Source of the DNA: Candidatus Moranbacteria bacterium UBA2282
GTDB lineage: Bacteria; Patescibacteriota; Minisyncoccia; Moranbacterales; UBA2206
NCBI GenBank assembly: GCA_002345745.1
Contig: DDWQ01000011.1
Span: 21,995 to 85,994, forward strand
Length of the DNA: 64,000 nucleotides
Direction: 5' to 3'
Shown here one piece after another: positions 1 to 9,852 of this stretch; within the stretch, counting starts at the first letter, position 1, and every line of letters begins with the position of its first letter. Below the pieces are notes generated by a model. That model was not told the DNA's origin. It searched no databases and worked only from the letters and a program-made list of their open reading frames with translations. The position numbers and the translations under genes were made by a program.

Positions 1-156
1 ATGAAATTAAGAGAATTTATACAAAAATTAAAAAAGATTGAATCAGAACAAGGAGAAGATATTGAAGTTGTCATGGCTGATAATATTCCTATTGTATCGC
101 CAGTTTTTCTTGATAATTTTTTCGGTAAAAAAGTTATTATAACCGACCAGGAATAA
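1..156 (+). CDS. small hypothetical ORF (51 aa), begins at window edge
   Basis: ATG at position 1 to TAA at 154-156. Not in the ORF track (<60 aa). No recognisable domain. Confidence 0.15.
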   Translation: MKLREFIQKLKKIESEQGEDIEVVMADNIPIVSPVFLDNFFGKKVIITDQE

Positions 157-210
157 ATTTTTTTAAAAATCGGCTCAATTAACGAACAAAAAAAATCTTT
201 GAAATTTGAA

Positions 211-366
211 ATGGAAAGATTTTTGAAACAGGGTTTTGTTTTGAAGGAAGATATAATTAAAAGACAGTATAATTGCAAGGCGACTGGCTTCTGGGTTAAT
301 CGCTCAAAAGAAAGTAATTTTCTGCTGATTATGCACGAGCATTTATTTATTTTTCAGAAAATTTAA
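211..366 (+). CDS. small hypothetical ORF (51 aa)
   Basis: ATG 211 to TAA 364-366. Not in the track. No recognisable motif. Confidence 0.15.
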   Translation: MERFLKQGFVLKEDIIKRQYNCKATGFWVNRSKESNFLLIMHEHLFIFQKI

Positions 367-399
367 TTTATTGATTAAAATTCACTAGTAACAAAGAAA

Positions 400-1548
400 A
401 TGAAAAATCTAACACAAAGATACAAAAAAATAACGGGAGTGATTTTTATAGTCTTGGGAATTTTGGCATTAATTACGCCACTGACGCCAGGATCTTGGTT
501 GATTTTTGTGGGATTGGAATTGATTGGAATTCGTTTAGTTTTTTATAAAAATCTGCAAAAGACTATAATGAAGTTAGTAACTAAATTAAATATTCAAAAG
601 AAAACAATGATTAATATCCAAAAAAATATAATCTTAGCACCGTACACAACTTTTAGAATTGGCGGACCAGCCAAAGAATTTGTGGAGGTGACTTCAGAGC
701 GGGAGTTGATTGAGGCAGTTGATTATGCGGAAAAAAATAATCTTAAGATTTTTATATTGGGTGGCGGTAGCAATCTTTTGATTAGTGATAACGGATTTGA
801 TGGGTTGGTTATAAAAATCAAATTAAATAATCTTGAAATTGATAATGAAAAAAACACCATTATTGCTGGTGCGGGAGTTTCAATTGCAAAATTGATTAAG
901 TATGCGACAGAACATAGTCTGACCGGCTTGGAATGGTCAGCTGGATTGCCTGGAGGCTTAGGCGGGGCTATTCGCGGAAATGCTGGAACTTTTGGACTAT
1001 CAATGTATGATGTGGTTGTGAGTGTTAGAATATATAATCTAGAGAATAAAAAAATAGAAGAATTTGAAAAAAACAAATGCGAACTTGTGTATAGAAATAG
1101 TATTTTTAAGAAAAACGAGAACTTGATAATACTTTCAGCAATTTTAAAATTAGAAAAAGGCGAGAAGGATGCAATACAGCAAAAAGTTTTGGAAAATATA
1201 AATTGGAGAAAAAATACTTTTCCTGAGAATTCTTCACCGGGAAGTTTTTTTAGGCATACAGAGCCGACAGAACATAATTTGAAAAAATTACAAGAACTCC
1301 CAAGATTCTATGAATTAAAAATGCATGAAAAGAATACAATTCCAACGGGTTTTGTTATTGAAGAAGCTGGTCTGAAGGGCAAGAAGATTGGTGGGGCGAT
1401 GGTTTCGCAAAAGCATGCTAATTTTATTCTAAATACGGGTGATGCCACGGCAGAGGATGTGGTTATGCTGGCCAGTTTCATCAAACAACAGGTGCGAGAT
1501 CAATTTGGCGTTGAATTGCAAGAGGAAATTCGGTATGTTGGATTTTAG
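400..1548 (+). CDS. murB: UDP-N-acetylenolpyruvoylglucosamine reductase MurB, with possible N-terminal TM extension (alternative start ATG 607)
   Basis: FAD-binding/MurB motifs ILAPYTTFRIGGPA, GGGSNLL and GLEWSAGLPGGLGGA. The first 69 codons encode a hydrophobic helix not typical of MurB. An internal Met (MINIQKN) at 607 gives a canonical MurB N-terminus. Confidence 0.85.
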   Translation: MKNLTQRYKKITGVIFIVLGILALITPLTPGSWLIFVGLELIGIRLVFYKNLQKTIMKLVTKLNIQKKTMINIQKNIILAPYTTFRIGGPAKEFVEVTSERELIEAVDYAEKNNLKIFILGGGSNLLISDNGFDGLVIKIKLNNLEIDNEKNTIIAGAGVSIAKLIKYATEHSLTGLEWSAGLPGGLGGAIRGNAGTFGLSMYDVVVSVRIYNLENKKIEEFEKNKCELVYRNSIFKKNENLIILSAILKLEKGEKDAIQQKVLENINWRKNTFPENSSPGSFFRHTEPTEHNLKKLQELPRFYELKMHEKNTIPTGFVIEEAGLKGKKIGGAMVSQKHANFILNTGDATAEDVVMLASFIKQQVRDQFGVELQEEIRYVGF

Positions 1549-1657
1549 GCTAAAAAAATGTATAATAGGGATAGGGCAATATACAAAATGATTTGTTAAT
1601 TATTAAAACACCACTGTTAAATATTCAGCAAAACTGAATTTAACCCAGTTGAATAGG

Positions 1658-1673
1658 TTCCACAGTTGTGGAA
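1658..1673 (+). promoter_or_regulatory. 16-bp perfect palindrome TTCCACAGTTGTGGAA upstream of hpf (candidate operator)
   Basis: Direct reading. Inverted repeat centred 37 bp upstream of the hpf ATG. A GGGGTAAA direct repeat follows at 1681-1697. Confidence 0.3.
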
Positions 1674-1702
1674 ATTCAACGGGGTAAACGGGGTAAAAAT
1701 AT

Positions 1703-2071
1703 ATGACAATAGAAAGCAAGGACAATGTGCGATTTTTGTACAAAGGTGTCAAAATTGATGATAGGACAAAAGAATATATTTTAAAGAGATTATCACAGCT
1801 GGATAAAGTAACAGAGAAAGTTCTTCTTCAAGAAGTTGAGATTGATATGGACAAGAAGGGAAAATTTCGTGTTGAAGTGATGATCAAAACTGCGTATGAG
1901 TTGTTCCGAGCTGAAGAAACAACGGAAAGCGTTGAAGGCTCAATCGACCTAGTAGTAGATGAATTAAAGGTTCAAGTCACTAAAGATAAGGAAAAAAGAA
2001 TGACCCTGATGAAGCGTGGTGCTAGATCAATCAAGAAAAAAATTGTTGTCGACAAAAGTGCAAGATTCTAG
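1703..2071 (+). CDS. hpf: ribosome hibernation promoting factor / ribosome-associated inhibitor (HPF/RaiA family)
   Basis: Size 122 aa with a YfiA/HPF-like beta-alpha-beta-beta-beta-alpha pattern. It lies immediately upstream of secA, the classic hpf-secA arrangement. Confidence 0.7.
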   Translation: MTIESKDNVRFLYKGVKIDDRTKEYILKRLSQLDKVTEKVLLQEVEIDMDKKGKFRVEVMIKTAYELFRAEETTESVEGSIDLVVDELKVQVTKDKEKRMTLMKRGARSIKKKIVVDKSARF

Positions 2072-2092
2072 TTATTAAAGACTGCTTATGTA

Positions 2093-2129
2093 AAAAAGCC
2101 TCTTGCTTTGACTTGAGAGGCTTTTTTTG
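2093..2129 (+). terminator. rho-independent terminator after hpf
   Basis: AGCCTCT...AGAGGCT 7-bp stem followed by TTTTTTT. Confidence 0.55.
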
Positions 2130-2183
2130 ATAGAATTATCAGGTTAAGTAGTATATCTAAATAAGAATTAAAAACTAATAAAT

Positions 2184-4838
2184 ATGGAACTTTTTAATAA
2201 ACTTTTTGGCTCAAACCAGCGTGAGATTGCAAAGTTGCAACCAATTGTCGAAAAAATAAATTCCTATGACGCGACAATGCGTCGTTTGTCTGACAGTGAA
2301 TTGCAAGCAAAAACACCAGAATTTCGGGAAAGAATTGCCAAAGGCGAAACTCTAGATGAGATTTTGCCAGAGGCATACGCGGTAGTGCGAGAGGCGGCTG
2401 ATCGAGTCAACGGGACTCGGCCTTTCGATGTGCAGTTGATTGGTGGCATTGTTTTGCATCAAGGTAAAATTGCGGAAATGAAAACAGGTGAAGGAAAAAC
2501 TTTGACTTCAACTTTGCCAATTTATTTGAATGCACTAACTGGCAAAGGTGTGCATGTTATTACAGTTAATGATTATTTGGCCAAACGTGATTGCAACTGG
2601 ATGGGATCAATTTTCTATTTTCTAGGAGTTTCAGCCGCTTGCATTATTCATGATGCGTCGTATATGTATAAAGCGAAAGTTGTTGATACTAATGAAGTGA
2701 ATGTTGGAAACCTGCCTGCTGGCAGGCAGGTGGAAAATTTGCAAGAAGTGATGCGTCGTGATGCCTACAATGCTGACATTGCTTATGGAACTAATAATGA
2801 ATTTGGTTTTGATTATCTGCGGGATAATATGGTGCAAGCAAGTTCTCAGATGGTGCAACGAAAACTCAATTTTGCCATTGTTGATGAAGTCGATTCAATT
2901 TTGATTGATGAGGCGCGAACTCCACTCATTATTTCGGCACCCGATACTGAATCAACTAAATTGTATCAGCAGTTTGCACAAATTGTGCCAAAACTAAAAA
3001 AAAAGGAGGATTATGAAGTCGATGAAAAAGCAAAGGCCGTGGTCATCACTGATTCTGGAATTTCTAAAGTGGAACAAATGTTGGGTGTTAGTAATCTATA
3101 TGAAACGGGCAAGATAAATTTTGTGCATCATCTAGAGCAAGCTTTGAAAGCACAGGTTATTTTTCAACGAGACAGCGATTATGTGGTAAAGGACGGTGAA
3201 GTTATTATCGTAGATGATTTTACTGGTCGTATGATGCAAGGTCGCAGATATAGTGACGGTTTGCATCAGGCTATTGAAGCCAAAGAAAATGTCAAAGTGC
3301 AAAAGGAATCACGCACATTAGCAACGATCACTTTTCAAAATTATTTTCGAGTTTATAAAAAACTAGCTGGGATGACTGGAACAGCTTTAACGAGTGCAGA
3401 GGAATTTTTTAAGGTGTATAATGTTGATGTTCTAGAAATTCCGACTAATCGCATTATGCAAAGAAAAGATTTGCCGGATGTAATTTATAAAACAGAAAAA
3501 GGCAAATTTAATGCTATCGCAGAAGAAATAAAAAGAGTTTATGAAATTGGACAACCAATTCTTGTGGGAACTATTGCAATTGAAAAATCAGAATATTTAA
3601 GCGCACTTTTGCAGAGGACTGGCGTGCCACACGCAGTTTTGAATGCTAAAAATCATGAAAGTGAAGCTTCTATCATTGCGGGGGCTGGGAAAAAAGGCGC
3701 CGTGACAATCGCAACTAATATGGCAGGTCGTGGAACGGATATAAAACTTGGAGAAGGTGTGAAAGAACTGGGCGGTCTTTTGATTATCGGAACGGAACGG
3801 CATGAAGCACGTCGCATTGATAATCAGTTGCGAGGGCGAGCCGGACGTCAGGGCGATCCTGGTGCTTCACAATTCTATGTCTCATTGGAAGATGAATTGA
3901 TGCGTCGCTTTGGTGGTGATAAATTGAAAGATATGATGGATCGTTTTGGCTTGCCAGAAGATCAGCCGATTCAAAATGGCATAATTTCCAAATCAATCGA
4001 AAGTGCACAATCAAAAATCGAAGGTTTCAACTTTGATATTCGAAAACACGTGCTGGATTATGATGATGTTATGAATAAGCAGCGTGAAGTTGTGTATAAA
4101 AAACGACGAGAAATTTTGGAGATGAAAGATGCCAAAAGTGAACTCTTGAATTATATTAACGAGGAAATTGAAAAAGTAGTTTCCTTCAATTGTGCTGGTG
4201 ATGAGTATGCTTGGGATATGAAAGAGTTGAACACTAATTTTAATGCAATTGTTTTTGCCCAAGGAGATTTGACTGGCAAATTGGAAGAAATTAAACAAGA
4301 TGGTCGTCATAGCGCGGCGGAAAAAATTAGCCAACTAGTGGAATTTTTGATGGGCATTGCCAAAGAAGTTTATAATAAAAAAGAGCAAAATGCAGGCACA
4401 GAGCAAATGAGATCCATAGAAAAAGCAGTTATTTTGCAAACGATGGATATGTCTTGGATGAATCATCTGGATGAAATTGATTATTTACGCGAGGGGATTG
4501 GTCTGCGTGGCTATGGTCAGCGTGATCCACTGATCGAATATAAGCGGGAAGCTTTTGGAATGTTTGCACAATTGATGGATAGTATTCGAGCTAATATTGT
4601 TAGTACAATTTTCAGAGTTAATGCAGTTTCGTCGCAGAAGGAAACTCCGCAAGAGAATTTGAATTTTAGCGGAGCGAATGATGAGGTGGAACAATTTGGA
4701 ACTACTAAAGCAGTTGAATCTGGCAACGATAAGGTGTCTGTTAAAAAATCACCAATTATCAATGAAGACAAGGTCGGTCGCAATGATCCTTGTCCGTGTG
4801 GATCAGGTAAAAAATATAAGAAGTGTTGTGGTAAATAA
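2184..4838 (+). CDS. secA: preprotein translocase ATPase SecA
   Basis: DEAD-like motor motifs ([26 protein letters not shown]), 884 aa, and a C-terminal zinc finger [14 protein letters not shown]. Confidence 0.97.
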   Translation: MELFNKLFGSNQREIAKLQPIVEKINSYDATMRRLSDSELQAKTPEFRERIAKGETLDEILPEAYAVVREAADRVNGTRPFDVQLIGGIVLHQGKIAEMKTGEGKTLTSTLPIYLNALTGKGVHVITVNDYLAKRDCNWMGSIFYFLGVSAACIIHDASYMYKAKVVDTNEVNVGNLPAGRQVENLQEVMRRDAYNADIAYGTNNEFGFDYLRDNMVQASSQMVQRKLNFAIVDEVDSILIDEARTPLIISAPDTESTKLYQQFAQIVPKLKKKEDYEVDEKAKAVVITDSGISKVEQMLGVSNLYETGKINFVHHLEQALKAQVIFQRDSDYVVKDGEVIIVDDFTGRMMQGRRYSDGLHQAIEAKENVKVQKESRTLATITFQNYFRVYKKLAGMTGTALTSAEEFFKVYNVDVLEIPTNRIMQRKDLPDVIYKTEKGKFNAIAEEIKRVYEIGQPILVGTIAIEKSEYLSALLQRTGVPHAVLNAKNHESEASIIAGAGKKGAVTIATNMAGRGTDIKLGEGVKELGGLLIIGTERHEARRIDNQLRGRAGRQGDPGASQFYVSLEDELMRRFGGDKLKDMMDRFGLPEDQPIQNGIISKSIESAQSKIEGFNFDIRKHVLDYDDVMNKQREVVYKKRREILEMKDAKSELLNYINEEIEKVVSFNCAGDEYAWDMKELNTNFNAIVFAQGDLTGKLEEIKQDGRHSAAEKISQLVEFLMGIAKEVYNKKEQNAGTEQMRSIEKAVILQTMDMSWMNHLDEIDYLREGIGLRGYGQRDPLIEYKREAFGMFAQLMDSIRANIVSTIFRVNAVSSQKETPQENLNFSGANDEVEQFGTTKAVESGNDKVSVKKSPIINEDKVGRNDPCPCGSGKKYKKCCGK
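2711..2730. repeat. GC-rich palindromic mini-element (CCTGCCTGCTGGCAGGCAGG) in-frame inside secA
   Basis: Near-perfect 20-bp palindrome encoding LPAGRQ within the SecA nucleotide-binding region. The same element occurs at 9651-9670 and 13083-13104. Confidence 0.8.
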
Positions 4839-4861
4839 TGTAAGTTAGTGAGAAATTTAGA

Positions 4862-5341
4862 ATGAAAATATTTAATTTATCTTTTGAAAAATCAGTCGGT
4901 GCAGTTATCTTTCGTAGAAATGAAAGTGACGAAAAAGAATTCTTGCTTTTGCATTATCCTTCTGGTCACTGGGATTTTCCAAAAGGGCATATAGAAAAAG
5001 ATGAAACTGAGAAAGAAACTTTGCGACGGGAAATTATAGAGGAAACTGGAATAATTGAACTAAATATTATTGCTGGATTTAAAGATTACATCAGATATTT
5101 CTATCAAGCCAATGGTGATGAGCGAGAAGAAAGAATTAAAAATGGAAATGGCCTGAATGTTTTTAAAAAAGTTGTGTATTATATCGCTGAAACAAAGGAA
5201 ATATCTATCATAATTTCAGATGAACATATTAATTTTGAATGGTTAAATTATGAAAAGGCGGTTGCTAGAATAACTTTTGAAAATGGCAGAAATGTTCTTA
5301 GAAAAGCCGATGTCTTTTTAGAAAAGAATTTGCATAACTAG
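4862..5341 (+). CDS. NUDIX hydrolase
   Basis: Nudix box GHIEKDETEKETLRREIIEETGI (Gx5Ex7REUxEExGU). Confidence 0.8.
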   Translation: MKIFNLSFEKSVGAVIFRRNESDEKEFLLLHYPSGHWDFPKGHIEKDETEKETLRREIIEETGIIELNIIAGFKDYIRYFYQANGDEREERIKNGNGLNVFKKVVYYIAETKEISIIISDEHINFEWLNYEKAVARITFENGRNVLRKADVFLEKNLHN

Positions 5342-5396
5342 CCCTGAACATGTTTCATTTGCACAGTTTCTTAAGATATTGTAAAATAAATTTACT

Positions 5397-7139
5397 ATGA
5401 CATTAAAACGAAAACTCTCAATACAATTTATAGCAGTCATTATCTTGGCAATAATGGTTGGATTAATTTCCTATCCGAAAGTGGTTTCAAAAATACCGCC
5501 TGTTTATAATGCATTAAATAAACTGAAAATAAATCTTGGTCTTGATTTGCAAGGAGGAATTCATCTTGAATATGCGCCTGACTTGAGTAAAATCGAAGAT
5601 GCTAAAATTGATGAGTCAATGCAAGCCGTGCAAGATGTCATCGAGCGACGCGTGAATGCCTTTGGTGTAGCTGAACCGGTTATTTATACTACGAAATCAG
5701 GCACTGACCGTAGATTGATTGTTGAGCTGGCGGGCGTGAAAGATATTAATGAAGCTAAGAGTCTAATTAAAGAAACTCCATTTTTGGAATTTAAGGAAGA
5801 AGCCGAATCCGACACATCTAATGATATTCCACAGTCTGTGCTGGATGAATTAAATGTGCAGGTCAAACAAAAAGCTGAAGAAGTTCTAAAAAAAGCTCTA
5901 GCTGGCGAAGACTTTGCGCAACTAGCGAAAGATAATAGTGAGGATCCTGGTAGTAAAGAAAATGGCGGGGATTTGGATTTTGTTAAGAAAGGAACTTTTG
6001 TACCAGAATTTGATAAAATATTATTTGAAGGAAATTTAGCTGATGGCGAAATAAATAAAGAATTGGTTGAAACTCAATTCGGGTGGCACATTATTAAGAA
6101 AATTGAAAAACGACCTGCCTCGACTGGCGGAGAATTATTGTCGACGCAAGGCGGGGGCGAAGGCGATAGTTTAGAAATTCATAGTGCGCATATTCTGTTT
6201 GCTAAAAAAGTTAATCCAGCACCAGCACGAAACTTTGTCGAAACAGGACTAACGGGTAAAAATTTAAAGAATGCCTCAGTTGATTTTAGCAATCAAGGTA
6301 TGTCCGAGACGCAAGTCGCATTAAAGTTTGATGATGAGGGAACAAAATTATTTGCTGAATTGACTAAAAAAAATATTGGGAAAAGTTTAGCAATCTATCT
6401 TGACGGACAAATTATCAGTGCACCAACTGTGCAAGCTGAAATTACGAATGGCGAAGCTGTAATCACTGGAAATTTTTCAAATGATGAAGCTAGTAATTTA
6501 GTAAAGAAACTTAATGAAGGCGCACTACCGGTGCCAATTAATTTAGTTAGTCAAGATAGTGTTGATGCCTCACTTGGCACAGCTTCACTAACCACAAGTT
6601 TGAAAGCTGGCTATATCGGACTGGGTGTAGTGATGATTTTTATGTTATTCTATTATCGTTTTCTAGGACTGATTGCTTCGGTGGCTTTGTTTATTTATAC
6701 TGGCATGATGATCGCCCTATTTAAAATATCGGGTTTGACACCTTGGCAAATAACATTGACTCTACCGGGAATTGCTGGCTTTATTTTGTCGATTGGTATG
6801 GCGGTGGATGCGAATATTCTGATTTTTGAACGAACTAAAGAAGAAATTAAAAAAGGTCGCAATATTTTAGGGGCACTTGATGAAGGTTTCAAACGAGCTT
6901 GGACCTCTATCCGTGATGGAAATGTATCTTCAATTATAACCGCATTAATTTTAATTGAACTTGGTACCGGATTTGTAAAAGGTTTTGCCGTAACTTTGAT
7001 TATTGGAGTTTTACTTTCTATGTTTACAGCCGTTACAATTTCCAGAACGATGTTGCGATTTCTGCTAGGTGAATGGATTAACGACAAATTGTGGCTAGTA
7101 GGTGTGAAAAAGAAAGATATTGCCGAAATTAAAAAATAA
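5397..7139 (+). CDS. secD: protein translocase subunit SecD with parvulin-like insertion in the periplasmic head domain
   Basis: N-terminal TM, LDLQGGIHLEY SecD signature and a C-terminal 6-TM SecD/F core. Residues ~140-270 contain PpiC/parvulin-like motifs (GGDLDF...FGWHIIKK, HSAHILFAK). Confidence 0.9.
   Translation: MTLKRKLSIQFIAVIILAIMVGLISYPKVVSKIPPVYNALNKLKINLGLDLQGGIHLEYAPDLSKIEDAKIDESMQAVQDVIERRVNAFGVAEPVIYTTKSGTDRRLIVELAGVKDINEAKSLIKETPFLEFKEEAESDTSNDIPQSVLDELNVQVKQKAEEVLKKALAGEDFAQLAKDNSEDPGSKENGGDLDFVKKGTFVPEFDKILFEGNLADGEINKELVETQFGWHIIKKIEKRPASTGGELLSTQGGGEGDSLEIHSAHILFAKKVNPAPARNFVETGLTGKNLKNASVDFSNQGMSETQVALKFDDEGTKLFAELTKKNIGKSLAIYLDGQIISAPTVQAEITNGEAVITGNFSNDEASNLVKKLNEGALPVPINLVSQDSVDASLGTASLTTSLKAGYIGLGVVMIFMLFYYRFLGLIASVALFIYTGMMIALFKISGLTPWQITLTLPGIAGFILSIGMAVDANILIFERTKEEIKKGRNILGALDEGFKRAWTSIRDGNVSSIITALILIELGTGFVKGFAVTLIIGVLLSMFTAVTISRTMLRFLLGEWINDKLWLVGVKKKDIAEIKK
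6114..6163. repeat. longer palindromic element related to the CCTGCCT family, in-frame inside secD
   Basis: CCTGCCTCGACTGGCGGAGA...TTGTCGACGCAAGGCGGGGGCGAAGG, about 80% similar to the intergenic copy at 9782-9823. Termini CCTGCCTCG / CGAGGCAGG-like. Encodes RPASTGGELLSTQGGGEG. Confidence 0.6.
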
Positions 7140-7150
7140 AATGACAAAAA

Positions 7151-8050
7151 ATGTTTAATATTATTTCTAAAACTAAATATGCCTACATCTTTTCAATAAC
7201 TTTGACAGTTTTGAGTGTGATTAGTTTGTCTTTGTGGGGATTAAAAACCGGCATTGATTTTTCCGGTGGAACTGAAATGGAGATTGGATTTGTTGATAGT
7301 GTTCCAGCTAATCAAGAAATTGTTGCAGTACTTGAACCATTGAATTTAAGCAGTTTGACGGTGCAAAGAAAAGGAACAACTTCTTTATTGATGAGCTATG
7401 CTTCAGTAGAAGATAGCGTTAATCAAAATGTTTGGAAAAGTATTACGGAAAAATATCCCGAAGCAACACAACTTAAGGCTGATTATCGCGATTCATCCGT
7501 TTCTTCAGAGCTAAAAAATAAATCTTTGTGGGCACTTTTTTGGGCAGCAATTGGAATTATGTCCTTTATTGCTTGGGCTTTTCGTAAGGTTTCCCGACCG
7601 ATTGAATCTTGGAAATATGGAGTTGGAGCCGTTATAGCACTCATTCATGATGTGTTAGTCACTGTTGGTGTGTTTTCAATTCTAGGGCATTTTCAAGGAG
7701 TTGAAGTTGGTGTTCCATTTATCGCCGCGCTTCTGACAATTCTCGGATTTTCAGTGCATGATACAATTGTTGTTTATGACCGAACTCGTGAAAATCTTTT
7801 AAAAGGTTCGTCTAAAGAACCTTTTCCAGAGGTTGTTAATCGCAGTTTAAATGAAACTCTTGTGCGTTCAATCAACACATCCCTCACAGTTATTATAACC
7901 CTGTTATCATTGTATATTTTTGGAGGGGAATCAATTAAAAACTTTGCATTAGCACTTTTGATCGGTGTAGGTTTTGGGACATATTCTTCTATTTTCATTG
8001 CCTCAGCGCTGCTTGTGACGAGTTATGAAATGCAACTAAAAAAGAAATAA
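7151..8050 (+). CDS. secF: protein translocase subunit SecF
   Basis: 6-TM SecF topology and conserved DFxGG motif (GIDFSGGTEMEI). Adjacent to secD. Confidence 0.9.
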   Translation: MFNIISKTKYAYIFSITLTVLSVISLSLWGLKTGIDFSGGTEMEIGFVDSVPANQEIVAVLEPLNLSSLTVQRKGTTSLLMSYASVEDSVNQNVWKSITEKYPEATQLKADYRDSSVSSELKNKSLWALFWAAIGIMSFIAWAFRKVSRPIESWKYGVGAVIALIHDVLVTVGVFSILGHFQGVEVGVPFIAALLTILGFSVHDTIVVYDRTRENLLKGSSKEPFPEVVNRSLNETLVRSINTSLTVIITLLSLYIFGGESIKNFALALLIGVGFGTYSSIFIASALLVTSYEMQLKKK

Positions 8051-8085
8051 ATAATTCTACCAACTACTAACTATAAACTAAAATT

Positions 8086-8334
8086 ATGTGGAATCCATTT
8101 GCAAAAAATTCAACAACTAATGATGACGTAAAAGTTCCAAAGATGGGGATGATGCAAGCGATGGCAATGAAAAGAATTGCCAAAATGAGTCCTAAAGAAA
8201 GAAACAAAATTATGCAGGACGCAATGAAACCGGAAAATCGTAATAAAATTATAGGGGCTATGGATGCTATGAAAGCTTCTGGTCAAGTATCTGAAGAACA
8301 AATTGCTAAAGCGAAAAAAATGTTGGGGATGTAG
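8086..8334 (+). CDS. hypothetical Met/Lys-rich small protein
   Basis: Clean 82-aa ORF between secF and mscL. No recognisable domain. Confidence 0.4.
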   Translation: MWNPFAKNSTTNDDVKVPKMGMMQAMAMKRIAKMSPKERNKIMQDAMKPENRNKIIGAMDAMKASGQVSEEQIAKAKKMLGM

Positions 8335-8369
8335 CGCCTCAACTTTTTTATAAAACTAACAATAATCGT

Positions 8370-8768
8370 ATGTTTAAAGAATTTAAAAAATTTGCTGTCA
8401 AAGGAAATGCAGTTGATATGGCAGTTGGTATTATTATCGGTGCGGCTTTCGGTAAGATTGTAACGTCATTGGTAACTGACGTTATTATGCCACCAATCGG
8501 AGTTCTGCTAGGTGGGATTGATTTTTCTAACTTAGTTATAACATTGAAAAAAGCCACAGACACTACGGCGGCCGTAACACTAAATTATGGAATTTTCATA
8601 AATACAATTCTTGATTTTGTTTTAATCTCCTTCGCCATATTTATCATTATTAAACAAATCAATCGCTTGAAGAAAAAGGAAGAAAATAAGCCGGTAACTA
8701 AACCCACTGAAGATATTCTGCTACTGCGAGAAATCAGAGATGCACTCAAAAGTGGCACAAAAAAATAA
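8370..8768 (+). CDS. mscL: large-conductance mechanosensitive channel MscL
   Basis: [31 protein letters not shown] matches the canonical MscL N-terminus and TM1. Confidence 0.92.
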   Translation: MFKEFKKFAVKGNAVDMAVGIIIGAAFGKIVTSLVTDVIMPPIGVLLGGIDFSNLVITLKKATDTTAAVTLNYGIFINTILDFVLISFAIFIIIKQINRLKKKEENKPVTKPTEDILLLREIRDALKSGTKK

Positions 8769-8859
8769 TTCATACTGTGAAAAAAGATATAAAACCCAAT
8801 CTTATTACAATTGGGTTTTGCTATTTAACGATATTTTTATTTTGTGGTATACTATAATT

Positions 8860-9441
8860 ATGAAATATCATAAAGACATATTTGAAATAATTTTCCATGC
8901 GCGGGGTGGACAGGGGGCTAAGACAGCCGCTGAAATCATTGCGCAGGCAGCGGTGAATGAGGGCAAATTTGTGCAGGCTTTTCCGCAATTCGGACCTGAA
9001 CGCAGTGGGGCGCCAACCAAGACGTTTGTGCGTATTTCTGATCATGAGATTAGAACTCATGAGCCGATTACTGACCCGGATGTCGTGGTTGTTTTGGACG
9101 AGACTATTCTTGATTCTGAGATTGTCACCACTAACCTCGACAAAAATGAAGCTTTGGTTGTGGCTACTAAAAAAACAGCATTGGAAATTAGTCAAAAGCT
9201 TTCTGTGCGTGCTAGATTTGAAGGCAAGATCTATCCGATTGATGCCAACGGAATCTCGATGGAAATCGTGGGACAGCCGAGACCAAACACGGTGATTCTG
9301 GGAAAATTTGTGCAAGTAACGGAAATTGTCAGTTTGGAAAGTGTAATTTCCGAATTTAAAAAAATATTTGGAACAAAAATTGGCAAAGAAGCCACAGATA
9401 AAAATATTTTAGCGATTGAAAAAGCATATGACACAATATAA
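8860..9441 (+). CDS. porC: pyruvate/2-oxoacid:ferredoxin oxidoreductase gamma subunit
   Basis: FHARGGQGAKTAAEIIAQAA...FPQFGPERSGAP. The start was moved to the internal Met at 8860. A TGgTATACTATAAT -10-like box lies just upstream. Confidence 0.85.
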   Translation: MKYHKDIFEIIFHARGGQGAKTAAEIIAQAAVNEGKFVQAFPQFGPERSGAPTKTFVRISDHEIRTHEPITDPDVVVVLDETILDSEIVTTNLDKNEALVVATKKTALEISQKLSVRARFEGKIYPIDANGISMEIVGQPRPNTVILGKFVQVTEIVSLESVISEFKKIFGTKIGKEATDKNILAIEKAYDTI

Positions 9442-9763
9442 TAAATCGGAAATTGAGAATAAAAAGTCTAAAATTGGCAGTGAAGAAGGTGCCGTTATTA
9501 AACACGATTTGAAAAATGCAGCTGCGACTGGTGATTGGCGATATATGACACCAATTGTAGATAAAGAAAAATGCACTGGTTGCACAACTTGCATGCCATT
9601 TTGCCCGGAAGCGTCAATCATAATGAAGGCATATAAAAGTGAGTCAACGGCCTGCCTGCCGGCAGGCAGGGACAAGTGTGATATTGACTATGATTTTTGC
9701 AAAGGTTGCGGAGTATGTGCAGCTGTTTGCCCAGCCAAAGCGATTACAATGAAGAAAAATTAA
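9416..9763 (+). CDS. porD: pyruvate:ferredoxin oxidoreductase delta subunit (2x[4Fe-4S] ferredoxin)
   Basis: Two CxxCxxCxxxCP motifs: CTGCTTCMPFCP and CKGCGVCAAVCP. Confidence 0.85.
   Translation: MKKHMTQYNKSEIENKKSKIGSEEGAVIKHDLKNAAATGDWRYMTPIVDKEKCTGCTTCMPFCPEASIIMKAYKSESTACLPAGRDKCDIDYDFCKGCGVCAAVCPAKAITMKKN
9651..9670. repeat. perfect 20-bp palindrome CCTGCCTGCCGGCAGGCAGG in-frame inside porD
   Basis: Encodes CLPAGRD between the two Fe-S motifs. Identical to the core of the element at 13083-13104. Confidence 0.85.
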
Positions 9764-9781
9764 TAATCCGATTCGAAACTA

Positions 9782-9823
9782 CCCGCCTCGACTCGCGGAG
9801 ACCTCTTGTCGAAGCGAGGCAGG
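9782..9823. repeat. palindromic element (CCCGCCTCGACTCGCGGAGA...GTCGAAGCGAGGCAGG) in the porD-porA spacer
   Basis: Terminal inverted repeat CCYGCCTCG / CGAGGCAGG. Related to the secD-internal copy at 6114-6163. Confidence 0.6.
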
Positions 9824-9852
9824 CGAATGTAATTCGAATCTACGAAAATATT

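Noticed and set aside
8740-8859. 5' extension of the porC ORF overlapping the mscL 3' end
   Set aside because: PorC homology begins at the internal Met (MKYHKDIFEIIFHARGG) and a -10-like box lies just upstream. The extension is frame read-through.
9697-9852. Track start of porA at 9697, overlapping porD in another frame
   Set aside because: The extension has no homology and is GC-rich palindromic-element sequence. TTG at 9853 gives the canonical PorA N-terminus.
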